NCBI GenBank assembly: GCA_040755995.1
Contig: JBFMAF010000036.1
Location: forward strand, 224,001 to 288,000
Reading direction: 5' to 3'
Length of the DNA stretch: 64,000 nucleotides
Source: Acidobacteriota bacterium
GTDB taxonomy: Bacteria > Acidobacteriota > CAIWXX01
Position 1 is the stretch's first letter. Every line of letters starts with the position of its first letter. This document shows positions 28,158 through 36,284 of the stretch, in pieces. The notes beneath the pieces were generated by a model. That model searched no databases. It was not told where the DNA came from and saw only the letters and a list, made by a program, of their open reading frames with translations. The position numbers and the translations under genes were made by a program.

Positions 28158-30541
28158 AGCGCTTATTCAGAATCGTTCGAGGGTTGTTCTATGCCGCGAT
28201 CATTGTGGTGGTTCTCGTGGTCGGAATCGGAGCATGGCTGGTACTTCGAGCCTGGCCTCAGACCAGCGGCACAATCGCGCTGGCGGGATTGGATCAGCCC
28301 GTCCGTGTCGTGCGGGACAAGTTCGGAATCCCCAACATTTACGCCAAGACCGAACATGATCTGTTCTTCGCTCAGGGCTACGTCCATGCGCAGGACCGGC
28401 TCTGGCAGATGCACTTCAACCGCATCATCTGCCGCGGCGGTCTGAGCGCCGTTCTCGGAGAATCGATGATCGAGAGCGACAGGTACATGAGGACCATAGG
28501 CCTGTGCAGAGCGGCCGAGAAAGACTGGGCGCTGCTCGGCCCGGAGCCACGCGCATGCCTGGAAGCTTATTCGGCGGGAGTCAATGCGTTTGTGGATACG
28601 CATCGTCACAGTCTCCCGGCCGAGTTCGCCATCTTGCGCATGAGCCCCGAGGCCTGGACGCCGATCGATTCGATCGCCTGGAGCAAGATGATGGCCCTCA
28701 GCATGAGCCAGAATCACTCGGTCGAGCTCAAGCGAGCGGAGATGATCGCCAGGCTCGGCTCTCAGATGGCGCAGGATCTCATGCCTCCGTACCCTGATGA
28801 TGCCGCCGTGATCATCCCGCCCGAGGCGCGGTCGTACGCTGGCATGCAGGCATCCCTGCCGGCGCGCCCGGAGGGAGTCACCGAGCTGCTTGGGGAGCTC
28901 GGTCGAACAGGCGGCAGCAATAGCTGGGTCGTCGCCGGCAGCAAGACGGAAACGGGCAAGCCCATCCTGTCAAACGACACGCACCTGAGTCTGGGCATGC
29001 CTTCGATATGGTACGAGAATGGGTTGCACGGCGCCGGCTTCGACTGCGCCGGCTACTCGCTCCCCGGCTCGCCCCTCGTCATCATCGGCCACAACGACCG
29101 GATCGCCTGGGGCATCAGCAACATGTGCTCGGACGTCCAGGACCTGTTCATCGAGAAGCTGGATGACAACGACAACCCGACTCAGTACCAGGCCGGGGAT
29201 CGCTGGGAGAAACTGGAGGTTGTGGAGGAGAGAATCCGGGTCGAAGGGAAGCCCGACGAGATCTACAAGGTGCTGGTCACGAGGCACGGCCCCCTGATCA
29301 ACAGCGTCTACGACCTGGATGATTCGACTCCGATGGCTTTCCGCTGGACGGCCCTCGACGGCGGCCGTCTCATCGAGGCCGTGCGCGATCTGGATCGGGC
29401 CAAAGACTGGGCGCAGTTCCGCCAGGCCCTCGCGAATTGGGACGCGCCAAGCATGAACTTCGTCTACGCGGACATCGACGGAAACATCGGATATCAGGCG
29501 ACCGGCAAGATCCCGGTGCGCCCCGACGGGGATCAGGGGCTGGTCCCCATGCCCGGTGACTCCGGCGAGTTCGAATGGCAGGGGTTCATACCGTTCGAGG
29601 AGCTGCCGAGTGTCTTCAATCCTGCCACGGGTTTCATCGTGGCGGCGAACAACAAGGTCGTTCCTGACTCGTACCCGTATCACGTCGCCTACGACTACGG
29701 CGATCCGTACAGAGCCACGAGACTCGCGCAGCTCCTCTCATCGGGGGAGAAGCTGAGCTTCAAGGCGGCTGAGGAGATCCAGGGGGAGGTCTATTCGCTG
29801 CCGGCGGAGGCCCTCAGACCCTATCTCTTGGCGGTGAAACCGCAGAACGAATTGCAGAGAAAGGCGCTGGAGCGGGTTCGAGAGTGGGATCTCCGCTTCA
29901 CCGAGGACAGCGTTGGTGCCTCGATCTACTACCTCTGGTACTGGTCCCTCAGCCCGAATATCGTCGGCAACAAGATGACCGACGATCTGAAGGACTTCCG
30001 CGGAGCGACGCCGATGATCGTCGAGCTGATGTCGCAGCCCGACAGCCGCTGGTTCGACGACAAACAGACGGCCAAGATCGAACGTCGGGATGATGTCGTG
30101 CAGAAGAGCTTTGTGGAGGCGATCGATTGGCTGACCGCGCACCACGGACAGGACATGGACCAGTGGACGTGGGGGCGGATGCATACGATGACATTCGTCC
30201 ACAATACCATCAGACCGATGGGGATAGGGGCGATCGACCACATCTTCAACAGCAAGACGATCCCCCTCTCGGGCGAGGCATTCACCGTGAATTCGTCCGG
30301 TTCGAGCAAGAAGAGACTCTTCGCGGTAGTGTTCGGAGTCTCTCAACGGATGCTGGTTGACCTGAGCGACCTCGAACGGAGCGAGTCCGTCAACAGCACG
30401 GGGCAGTCGGGACTGCCGTTCCACCACAACCGCGACGACCAGATACAACTCTGGCGCGAGGCCAAGTACCATCCAATGCCCTTCCGTGAGGACGCAGTCG
30501 AGGCGCAGGCCGAGTCGACGCTGGTTCTGACGCCCCGATAG
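28154..30541 (+). CDS. Penicillin acylase family (peptidase S45) Ntn hydrolase with an N-terminal membrane anchor
   Basis: VRDKFGIPNIYA, FAQGYVHAQDRLWQM, autoprocessing GGSNSWVV...NDTHL, TRHGP, GQSG. GTG start overlaps the TE stop and is followed by a hydrophobic helix. Confidence 0.95.
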   Translation: MKRLFRIVRGLFYAAIIVVVLVVGIGAWLVLRAWPQTSGTIALAGLDQPVRVVRDKFGIPNIYAKTEHDLFFAQGYVHAQDRLWQMHFNRIICRGGLSAVLGESMIESDRYMRTIGLCRAAEKDWALLGPEPRACLEAYSAGVNAFVDTHRHSLPAEFAILRMSPEAWTPIDSIAWSKMMALSMSQNHSVELKRAEMIARLGSQMAQDLMPPYPDDAAVIIPPEARSYAGMQASLPARPEGVTELLGELGRTGGSNSWVVAGSKTETGKPILSNDTHLSLGMPSIWYENGLHGAGFDCAGYSLPGSPLVIIGHNDRIAWGISNMCSDVQDLFIEKLDDNDNPTQYQAGDRWEKLEVVEERIRVEGKPDEIYKVLVTRHGPLINSVYDLDDSTPMAFRWTALDGGRLIEAVRDLDRAKDWAQFRQALANWDAPSMNFVYADIDGNIGYQATGKIPVRPDGDQGLVPMPGDSGEFEWQGFIPFEELPSVFNPATGFIVAANNKVVPDSYPYHVAYDYGDPYRATRLAQLLSSGEKLSFKAAEEIQGEVYSLPAEALRPYLLAVKPQNELQRKALERVREWDLRFTEDSVGASIYYLWYWSLSPNIVGNKMTDDLKDFRGATPMIVELMSQPDSRWFDDKQTAKIERRDDVVQKSFVEAIDWLTAHHGQDMDQWTWGRMHTMTFVHNTIRPMGIGAIDHIFNSKTIPLSGEAFTVNSSGSSKKRLFAVVFGVSQRMLVDLSDLERSESVNSTGQSGLPFHHNRDDQIQLWREAKYHPMPFREDAVEAQAESTLVLTPR

Positions 30542-30628
30542 GAGCCGATAGGCGTCAAGCAAGCAGCGCCATTGAGGGCCGTGCACGGGCCGGGCCGGTG
30601 TTCAAAACACAACCAAGAGGAGAATGAC

Positions 30629-30859
30629 ATGAGCAGAGAAGAACGAGAAGACACCACAACGTACAAAGTCGTGGTGAACCACGAAGAGCAGTATTCGATC
30701 TGGCCTGCCGACAGGGCGAACCCAGCCGGCTGGCGCGATGCCGGCAAGAACGGATCCAAAGCGGAATGCCTGGACTTCATCAAGAGCGTGTGGACCGACA
30801 TGCGCCCGCTGAGCCTGAGGAAGAAGATGGAGGAGGCGGCGGCGCAGGGCACGAGGTAG
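30629..30859 (+). CDS. mbtH: MbtH-like protein
   Basis: [13 protein letters not shown]...PAGW...[26 protein letters not shown] upstream. Confidence 0.97.
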   Translation: MSREEREDTTTYKVVVNHEEQYSIWPADRANPAGWRDAGKNGSKAECLDFIKSVWTDMRPLSLRKKMEEAAAQGTR

Positions 30860-30926
30860 CAGGGCGGGACCTCAGACCGATGAAGCGTGGCCCGCTCCGC
30901 CCTGCCCAGGCCGAATGCCAGTACCA

Positions 30927-30954
30927 GTGCCCGTACGCCATCGGGTACGGGCAC
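30927..30954. other. Intergenic hairpin (10-bp stem, 8-nt loop) between mbtH and the MFS gene
   Basis: GTGCCCGTAC-gccatcgg-GTACGGGCAC. There is no U-tract, so this is not a classical intrinsic terminator. Confidence 0.5.
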
Positions 30955-31041
30955 GGATCGGATTCACGCCAATGACGCGCTACACCACAAACGTGACACG
31001 ATCGCCACACGAGACCGGGCGAAGAGTGGAGGAACACATCC

Positions 31042-32373
31042 GTGCCGCAGCAGACTGACGTCACACCGGAGTCCAGACGGGTTCCCGGATTGTGGAATCC
31101 AAACTTCCTGCTGCTCTGGCAGGGGCAGCTTATCAGTCAGGTCGGGAACCAGGTCTTCAGCGTGGCGACGATCTTCTGGATCAAGCACGAGACCGGCTCC
31201 GCCGCTCTCCTCGGCCTCCTGATGATGCTCTCGTCGCTCCCGGGAGTCATCCTCGGACCTGTCGGAGGCACCTTCGCCGATCGCCACTCACGCCGCGCCA
31301 TCATCATCGTCTGCGACGTCCTGGACGGCATCGCCGTGCTGCTCTTCGCCGCGCTGATAGCCCTGGCGTCGGACGCGAAGTCCTGGATTCTGGTCCTGCT
31401 GTTCATCGTCTCGATCTTCATCGGCATCGTCGGCGCCTTCTTCCGGCCGGCAATCTCGGCGGCTATCCCTGACATCCTGCCGCAGGAGAAGCTGGCGACC
31501 GGGAATGCTTTGAGCCAGTTCTCCTTTCATCTTTCCGTGTTCGTCGGCGTCGGGCTGGGAGGCCTTCTCCTGAGAGTCCTGGGCGTGACGACCCTCATCC
31601 TGGTGAACGGGGTGAGCTACCTGTTTGCGGCTGCGAGCGAGTTCTTCATGACGATACCCCAGAAGCTGCCCGAGAAGAGCGCGACGTGGAGAGACAAGCT
31701 TCTGGACGTGAAGCGCGACACGGTCGACGGCTTCCGCTACGTCTGGGCCAATCCCGGAATGAGAATCCTCTTCTTCGCCTTCGCCTTTCTCAACTTCTTT
31801 CTGATGCCGATCATCATGCTGTTCCCGTTCTATGTCGAGGATTTCCTCAAGGCGACGACCGATTGGTACGGCTATCTGATGGCGACATTCAGCGTCGGAA
31901 TGGTCATCGGCGGTCTGCTGACCGGCCGCATGAAGCTGTCGGGGAGCGCCCGCACAGGAGCGCTGATCGGCTGCATGTTCGCCTACACGGCCGGTTCCGG
32001 CGCGCTCGGATTGATCACCTCACCCAGGGTGGCTCTCCCGTACCTCCTCGTGGGCGGGATGGTCAACGGCTTCATCTACAACACGATTGTGACGATCCTG
32101 CAGCTCTCGACACCTTCGGAGATCAGAGGGAGGGTCTTCGGCGTTCTCGGCACAATCGCGAGCGGCCTCATGCCTCTCGCCATGGGGTTGGCCGGCTGGG
32201 TGGCAGACCTGACGCACCAGAACATCCCGCTGATCTTCGGAGCCTGCGGCTCGATACAAGTACTCTTGACACTGACCGTCGCATTGAATCGGAAGTTCCG
32301 CGGGTTCATTGCGTTCGAACCGATCCGGAACGAGGTTCCGGGCCCCGTCGAGCTCGGAGAAGAGGTCGTCTGA
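31042..32373 (+). CDS. MFS transporter (DHA3/MefA-like), probable exporter of the peptide
   Basis: NFLLLWQGQLISQVG, GTFADRHSRR, EIRGRVFG, about 12 hydrophobic segments. Confidence 0.92.
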   Translation: MPQQTDVTPESRRVPGLWNPNFLLLWQGQLISQVGNQVFSVATIFWIKHETGSAALLGLLMMLSSLPGVILGPVGGTFADRHSRRAIIIVCDVLDGIAVLLFAALIALASDAKSWILVLLFIVSIFIGIVGAFFRPAISAAIPDILPQEKLATGNALSQFSFHLSVFVGVGLGGLLLRVLGVTTLILVNGVSYLFAAASEFFMTIPQKLPEKSATWRDKLLDVKRDTVDGFRYVWANPGMRILFFAFAFLNFFLMPIIMLFPFYVEDFLKATTDWYGYLMATFSVGMVIGGLLTGRMKLSGSARTGALIGCMFAYTAGSGALGLITSPRVALPYLLVGGMVNGFIYNTIVTILQLSTPSEIRGRVFGVLGTIASGLMPLAMGLAGWVADLTHQNIPLIFGACGSIQVLLTLTVALNRKFRGFIAFEPIRNEVPGPVELGEEVV

Positions 32374-33473
32374 TGTCCCAGTTTGGCGAGCCGTCGCCCC
32401 CATCCCACGCCCGGACGAACCCCGCGCGAACGCCGTTCGTTGCCGCGCCGGCGGCCGACGGGATACCGGAAGAGGTGGGCGCCGCCGTCTCCGGGATTAC
32501 GATCGATGACATCAGAGCTGCGGCGCGTCGTCTGGCCGGTGTCGCCTACCGGACGCCGGTCTTGAGATTCCCGGGTCTGGATGATCTGGTGGGAGCTGCC
32601 GTCTTTCTCAAGTGCGAGAATTTTCAGCGCTGTGGCGCGTTCAAGTTCCGCGGGGCCTACAATGCGATGAGCCAGCTGAGCCACGAGCAGCGCCGCCGCG
32701 GCGCGGTCTCCTTCTCCTCCGGGAATCATGCGCAGGGGGTGGCACTGGCCGGGAAGATCCTCGACATACCGGCAGCGATCGTCATGCCTCACGACGCGCC
32801 CGCTGTGAAGGTGGAAGCCACTCGCCGGTACGGCGCCGAAATCATCCGCTATCACCGCTACAGGGGAAACCGCGAAGAGATCGCCGGCCGGCTCGCTGAT
32901 GAGCGGGGCATGGCGCTCGTGCCATCCTCCGACCATCCGCACGTGGTTGCCGGCCAGGGCACGGTGGCTCTCGAGCTTCTCGAGGACGTCCCGGATCTGG
33001 ACCTCTTGATCGTGGCCATCGGAGGCGGCGGGTTGATCGCGGGATGCAGCATCGCGGCGCATGCCTTGCGGCCTCAGATGCGCATCATCGGTGTCGAGCC
33101 CGAAACGGCCAACGATTCGTACCTGTCGCTTCAGATGGGAAGACGCGTGTCAACGGCACCTTCGGATTCCATTGCCGACGGCCTTCTGCCGACGGCGCCG
33201 GGGGTGATCCCGTTTTCGGTAATGAAGGAACACCTCGACCGGATAGTCCTCGTGAGCGACGATGAGATCGCGGACGCGGTGCGATACCTGGTGATGCAGA
33301 CGAAGATCGTGGTTGAGCCAAGCGGTGCCGCGCCCATTGCGGCGCTGCTGAGCGGCCGCATCGCGAATGTCGAAGGACGTAGAATCGGCATCGTACTCTC
33401 GGGCGGGAACATTGACGCCGCGAAGCTCGCCGAGATCCTCTCGTGCAGGGTGCCCGCGTCGACTACCGCCTGA
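32373..33473 (+). CDS. PLP fold-type II serine/aspartate racemase / 3-hydroxyaspartate ammonia-lyase family enzyme
   Basis: FLKCENFQRCGAFKFRGA (PLP Lys), FSSGNH, AGQGT, IGGGGLIAG, VEPSGA, LSGGN. ATG overlaps the MFS stop (TGATG). Confidence 0.92.
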   Translation: MSQFGEPSPPSHARTNPARTPFVAAPAADGIPEEVGAAVSGITIDDIRAAARRLAGVAYRTPVLRFPGLDDLVGAAVFLKCENFQRCGAFKFRGAYNAMSQLSHEQRRRGAVSFSSGNHAQGVALAGKILDIPAAIVMPHDAPAVKVEATRRYGAEIIRYHRYRGNREEIAGRLADERGMALVPSSDHPHVVAGQGTVALELLEDVPDLDLLIVAIGGGGLIAGCSIAAHALRPQMRIIGVEPETANDSYLSLQMGRRVSTAPSDSIADGLLPTAPGVIPFSVMKEHLDRIVLVSDDEIADAVRYLVMQTKIVVEPSGAAPIAALLSGRIANVEGRRIGIVLSGGNIDAAKLAEILSCRVPASTTA

Positions 33474-34245
33474 GGCTCGCCAGCAGTCGATGGAAGATCA
33501 GGCGCGTGAGTGGAGTCCGATTGGCGTGCAGGTAGAAATGATCCCCCGGGAACATCCGCACTGAGAACGAAGCCGCCGTGTGCCGGTCCCATGCCTCCAG
33601 AGATTCGCGATCCACCTCGGAGTCCTCCAGTCCGCCGAAGGCCCAGATGGGGCATTCCAGCGTCTGCTCCGCTGCATAGGAGTAAGTCTCGTTCACGGAA
33701 AAATCCGCCCGGATGACGGGCAGGAACAACGACATCACTTCCTGGTTTCCAAGGATTTCCTGCGGAATGCCGTTCAGACGCCGGAGGAAATCCACAAGCT
33801 CCGCATCGGGCAGTGCGTGCACTGGGGGCCTGCGGGGCGGGAGCTGTGGAGCTCGACGCCCGGAGACGAACAGCTGAATCGGCTGAGGATCGCTCCGACG
33901 GTGGAGCAGCCGAGCGAGCTCGAAGGCGACCAGCGCGCCAAGACTGTGACCGAAGAAGGCGAAAGGGAGGCCCAGACATGGAAGGATCGACTCGCGAAGG
34001 GGCTCGATCACCTCGCACATGGACGCGACGGCCGGCTCCCTCCACCGGTTCTCCCTACCCGGCAGTTGTATCGCGACGACCTCTATCTCCTGCGGCGCCC
34101 CTTCAGCCCACTGTCGAAAGACCGAGGCGGCCCCTCCCGCGTACGGGAAGCAGAACAGGCGCAACCTGGCCTGGAGGTTGCGCCTGGGGAAAACCAGCCA
34201 CGTTTGTTCGGACTCGGACTCGGGCGTCTTGCTCATCGGAGCCAT
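33463..34245 (-). CDS. Type II (editing) thioesterase
   Basis: RLFCFPYAGG, QLPGRE, FFGHSLG, FPGDHFY. Confidence 0.95.
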   Translation of the reverse strand: MAPMSKTPESESEQTWLVFPRRNLQARLRLFCFPYAGGAASVFRQWAEGAPQEIEVVAIQLPGRENRWREPAVASMCEVIEPLRESILPCLGLPFAFFGHSLGALVAFELARLLHRRSDPQPIQLFVSGRRAPQLPPRRPPVHALPDAELVDFLRRLNGIPQEILGNQEVMSLFLPVIRADFSVNETYSYAAEQTLECPIWAFGGLEDSEVDRESLEAWDRHTAASFSVRMFPGDHFYLHANRTPLTRLIFHRLLASLRR

Positions 34246-34247
34246 AG

Positions 34248-34454
34248 ATAGAGCTGAGCAACAACGATGTCAAGTACCGGACAGGCAAGGTCACACTGTC
34301 GCGTGCCGCGGAGATCGCCGAGATGGATATCGAGTCGCTGAAGGAGAAGCTGGAGGAGAACGCCATTTCGATCCCGGTCACAGAAAGCCCTGACGATATC
34401 AGACTCGGCGCAACGGCGCTTGGCCGGGCCCGAGGCGAGAGTGAGGCGCATTGA
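34248..34454 (+). pseudogene. 5'-truncated UPF0175-family antitoxin remnant
   Basis: Translates KYRTGKVTLSRAAEIAEMDIESLKEKLEEN...; an in-frame TAG at 34245 lies upstream and no ATG precedes the conserved part. Confidence 0.6.
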
Positions 34455-34560
34455 CACCGACGTCCTCTCGGCCCTCGCGAATATCCAGCACCCGGAGCTG
34501 CTCGATGTTATACAGATGATCAAAGATCTGCAGGCCAAGGATCGCATGGTTTTCACGTAG
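34441..34560 (+). pseudogene. Internally deleted PIN-domain (DUF3368-like) toxin remnant
   Basis: 39 codons, VRRIDTDVLSALANIQHPELLDVIQMIKDLQAKDRMVFT, with a PIN-like N-terminal DTDxLSA motif. Overlaps the antitoxin remnant. Confidence 0.5.
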
Positions 34561-34644
34561 GGAACTGTCGACGCGATCCTTGGGGAACGGTGAGCGGAGC
34601 TTTAGAGAACGCCGGTGGAACGCTCGCCGGCGATGCCCGCGGGC

Positions 34645-35550
34645 TCACGCGGTCCGCGACATCGTGAGGGTGACGCCGAGGGTGACAAGGGCAAGGGCGA
34701 GAAAGACCGGCGTCGTGAACGGATCGCCGTCCAGGAGCACGCCGAGAAGCACCGCCACGACCGGGTTGACGTAGGCGTAGCTCGCCACGCGGTGCGTCGG
34801 CTGGTGCTCGAGAAGCCATGCATAGGCTGTGAAGGCCAGGCACGAGCCGAAGAGCGCAAGATAGATCACGATCGCCCACGTCCGATTCGATACCTGCGCG
34901 ATCGAGCCCACCGTGTACTCACCCAGCGCTGCCCCGAGGACCAGCAGAATCAAGCCGCCTGCGATCATCTCTATGCCCGCCCCGAGGAAGATCGACCGTG
35001 GCATCGCCTTTCTCTTGGTATAGAGTCCGGCGGCGACCCAGGCGATGGAGGCCAGCGGGAGCGCCAGGGCCCACGGCGAACCCCGCTCCGATGAACCATG
35101 AATCGACGGCCACAACAGCAGGCACACACCGCAGAAGCCGATGAGTATTCCGGCGATCTGACGGACCGACAGCGACTTGCCCGCCAGCAGATAGTCGCCC
35201 AACGCGAACCAGAACGGCGAGGCGGCAACTATCAACGCGGTGGTGCTCGAGTTGACCGTCCGCTCAGCATATGCCACCACTCCCGTGCCCCCCACCAGCA
35301 TCACCGCGCCGGCGATCGCAGCAGTCTTGATCTCATCCGCAGTCGGGCGCAACCGCCGCTGAAAGAAACACCAGACCCCGAGGTTCACCAATCCGGCCAC
35401 CAGGAACCGAAGCGCCAGCAGCGCGGACGGCGAGAAGTCCCGCACCCCCATGCGGATCGCCAGATACGTCGATCCCCACACTACATACACAGCCAGAAAC
35501 GCCAGAACCGTCATCGCGAGCGTCTTCTTGTGACTGTCCATGGCCTTCAT
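34645..35550 (-). CDS. EamA/DMT family transporter (YedA-like)
   Basis: AVYVVWGSTYLAIR, YLALFGSCLAFTAY, SYAYVNPVVAVLLG. Confidence 0.93.
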   Translation of the reverse strand: MKAMDSHKKTLAMTVLAFLAVYVVWGSTYLAIRMGVRDFSPSALLALRFLVAGLVNLGVWCFFQRRLRPTADEIKTAAIAGAVMLVGGTGVVAYAERTVNSSTTALIVAASPFWFALGDYLLAGKSLSVRQIAGILIGFCGVCLLLWPSIHGSSERGSPWALALPLASIAWVAAGLYTKRKAMPRSIFLGAGIEMIAGGLILLVLGAALGEYTVGSIAQVSNRTWAIVIYLALFGSCLAFTAYAWLLEHQPTHRVASYAYVNPVVAVLLGVLLDGDPFTTPVFLALALVTLGVTLTMSRTA

Positions 35551-35552
35551 CC

Positions 35553-36065
35553 CTATCTCCCCGCGCCCACTCCCCGCCCTGTCCTCCGCGCCCGAGCGCT
35601 CCGCACCGCCTCCGCCTTAGGATACGTCTTCTCAAAGACCGTCCCCAATACCACCGTCGTCCTCGATGTCACGGGCTCACGCGTGTCTTTGATGTGGTCG
35701 AGCAGCCGAGAGAGATCCTCGACACTCCCGGCGCAGACCTTCAACACGAAGCAGTCCTCACCCGCCACGCTGTGCAGCTCCAGCACCCGCCGGTCCGCCG
35801 CCAGCCCCCGTATCCTCGACACCTCGCCCGGAACAACCTGCTGCCCATATCGAAGCGTGACAAACGCGGTGATCGGCAGCCCGAGCACCTTCCGGTCCAC
35901 ATCCGCGTGAAACCCGCGAAAAACGCCGGCACGCCGGAGCTTCTGCATCCGCGCCTGAAGCGCAGGGCGCGACAGCGACACCTCCCTCGCCAGATCCACC
36001 TGCGAGATCCGCGCGTCCTCCAGAAGGCATTTGACAATCTGTAAATCCAAATCATCTAATTGCAT
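35553..36065 (-). CDS. Lrp/AsnC family transcriptional regulator
   Basis: MQLDDLDLQIVKCLLEDARIS..DLAREVSLS, HSVAGEDCFVLKV. Confidence 0.94.
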   Translation of the reverse strand: MQLDDLDLQIVKCLLEDARISQVDLAREVSLSRPALQARMQKLRRAGVFRGFHADVDRKVLGLPITAFVTLRYGQQVVPGEVSRIRGLAADRRVLELHSVAGEDCFVLKVCAGSVEDLSRLLDHIKDTREPVTSRTTVVLGTVFEKTYPKAEAVRSARARRTGRGVGAGR

Positions 36066-36071
36066 ACATTT

Positions 36072-36101
36072 AGTATAGCCAATAGGCCATATGGTTGTCA
36101 A
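36072..36101 (-). promoter_or_regulatory. Sigma70-type promoter for lrp-eamA, probably giving a leaderless transcript
   Basis: Minus strand reads TTGACA-18 nt-TATACT-6 nt-ATG. Confidence 0.75.
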
Positions 36102-36249
36102 CAGAAAAGGAGAGGCTTGACCGAAGTTGTCATCTTGCAGTGCCACCGCCCCCAAACCCCGCCACTCGTGCCGTGCGGAGACCTGCGATGCGTCACACCG
36201 GGAGCCGCGAATAGGCACCCTTGCCGCAGCCCGGTCTACCGCCACCCGT

Positions 36250-36284
36250 CAACTGGCAACTGACAACCCACAACTGTCAGCTGC
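36250..36284. repeat. Degenerate heptamer tandem array (5 units)
   Basis: CAACTGG CAACTGA CAACCCA CAACTGT CAGCTGC, directly downstream of the Hsp70-family stop codon. Confidence 0.65.

Noticed and set aside
31686..32372. N-terminal extensions in the ORF track (31686 for the PLP enzyme; likewise 27860, 18676 and 36245)
   Set aside because: They overlap upstream genes or the promoter; coupled starts at 32373, 28154 and 18739, and the start at 36065, fit better.
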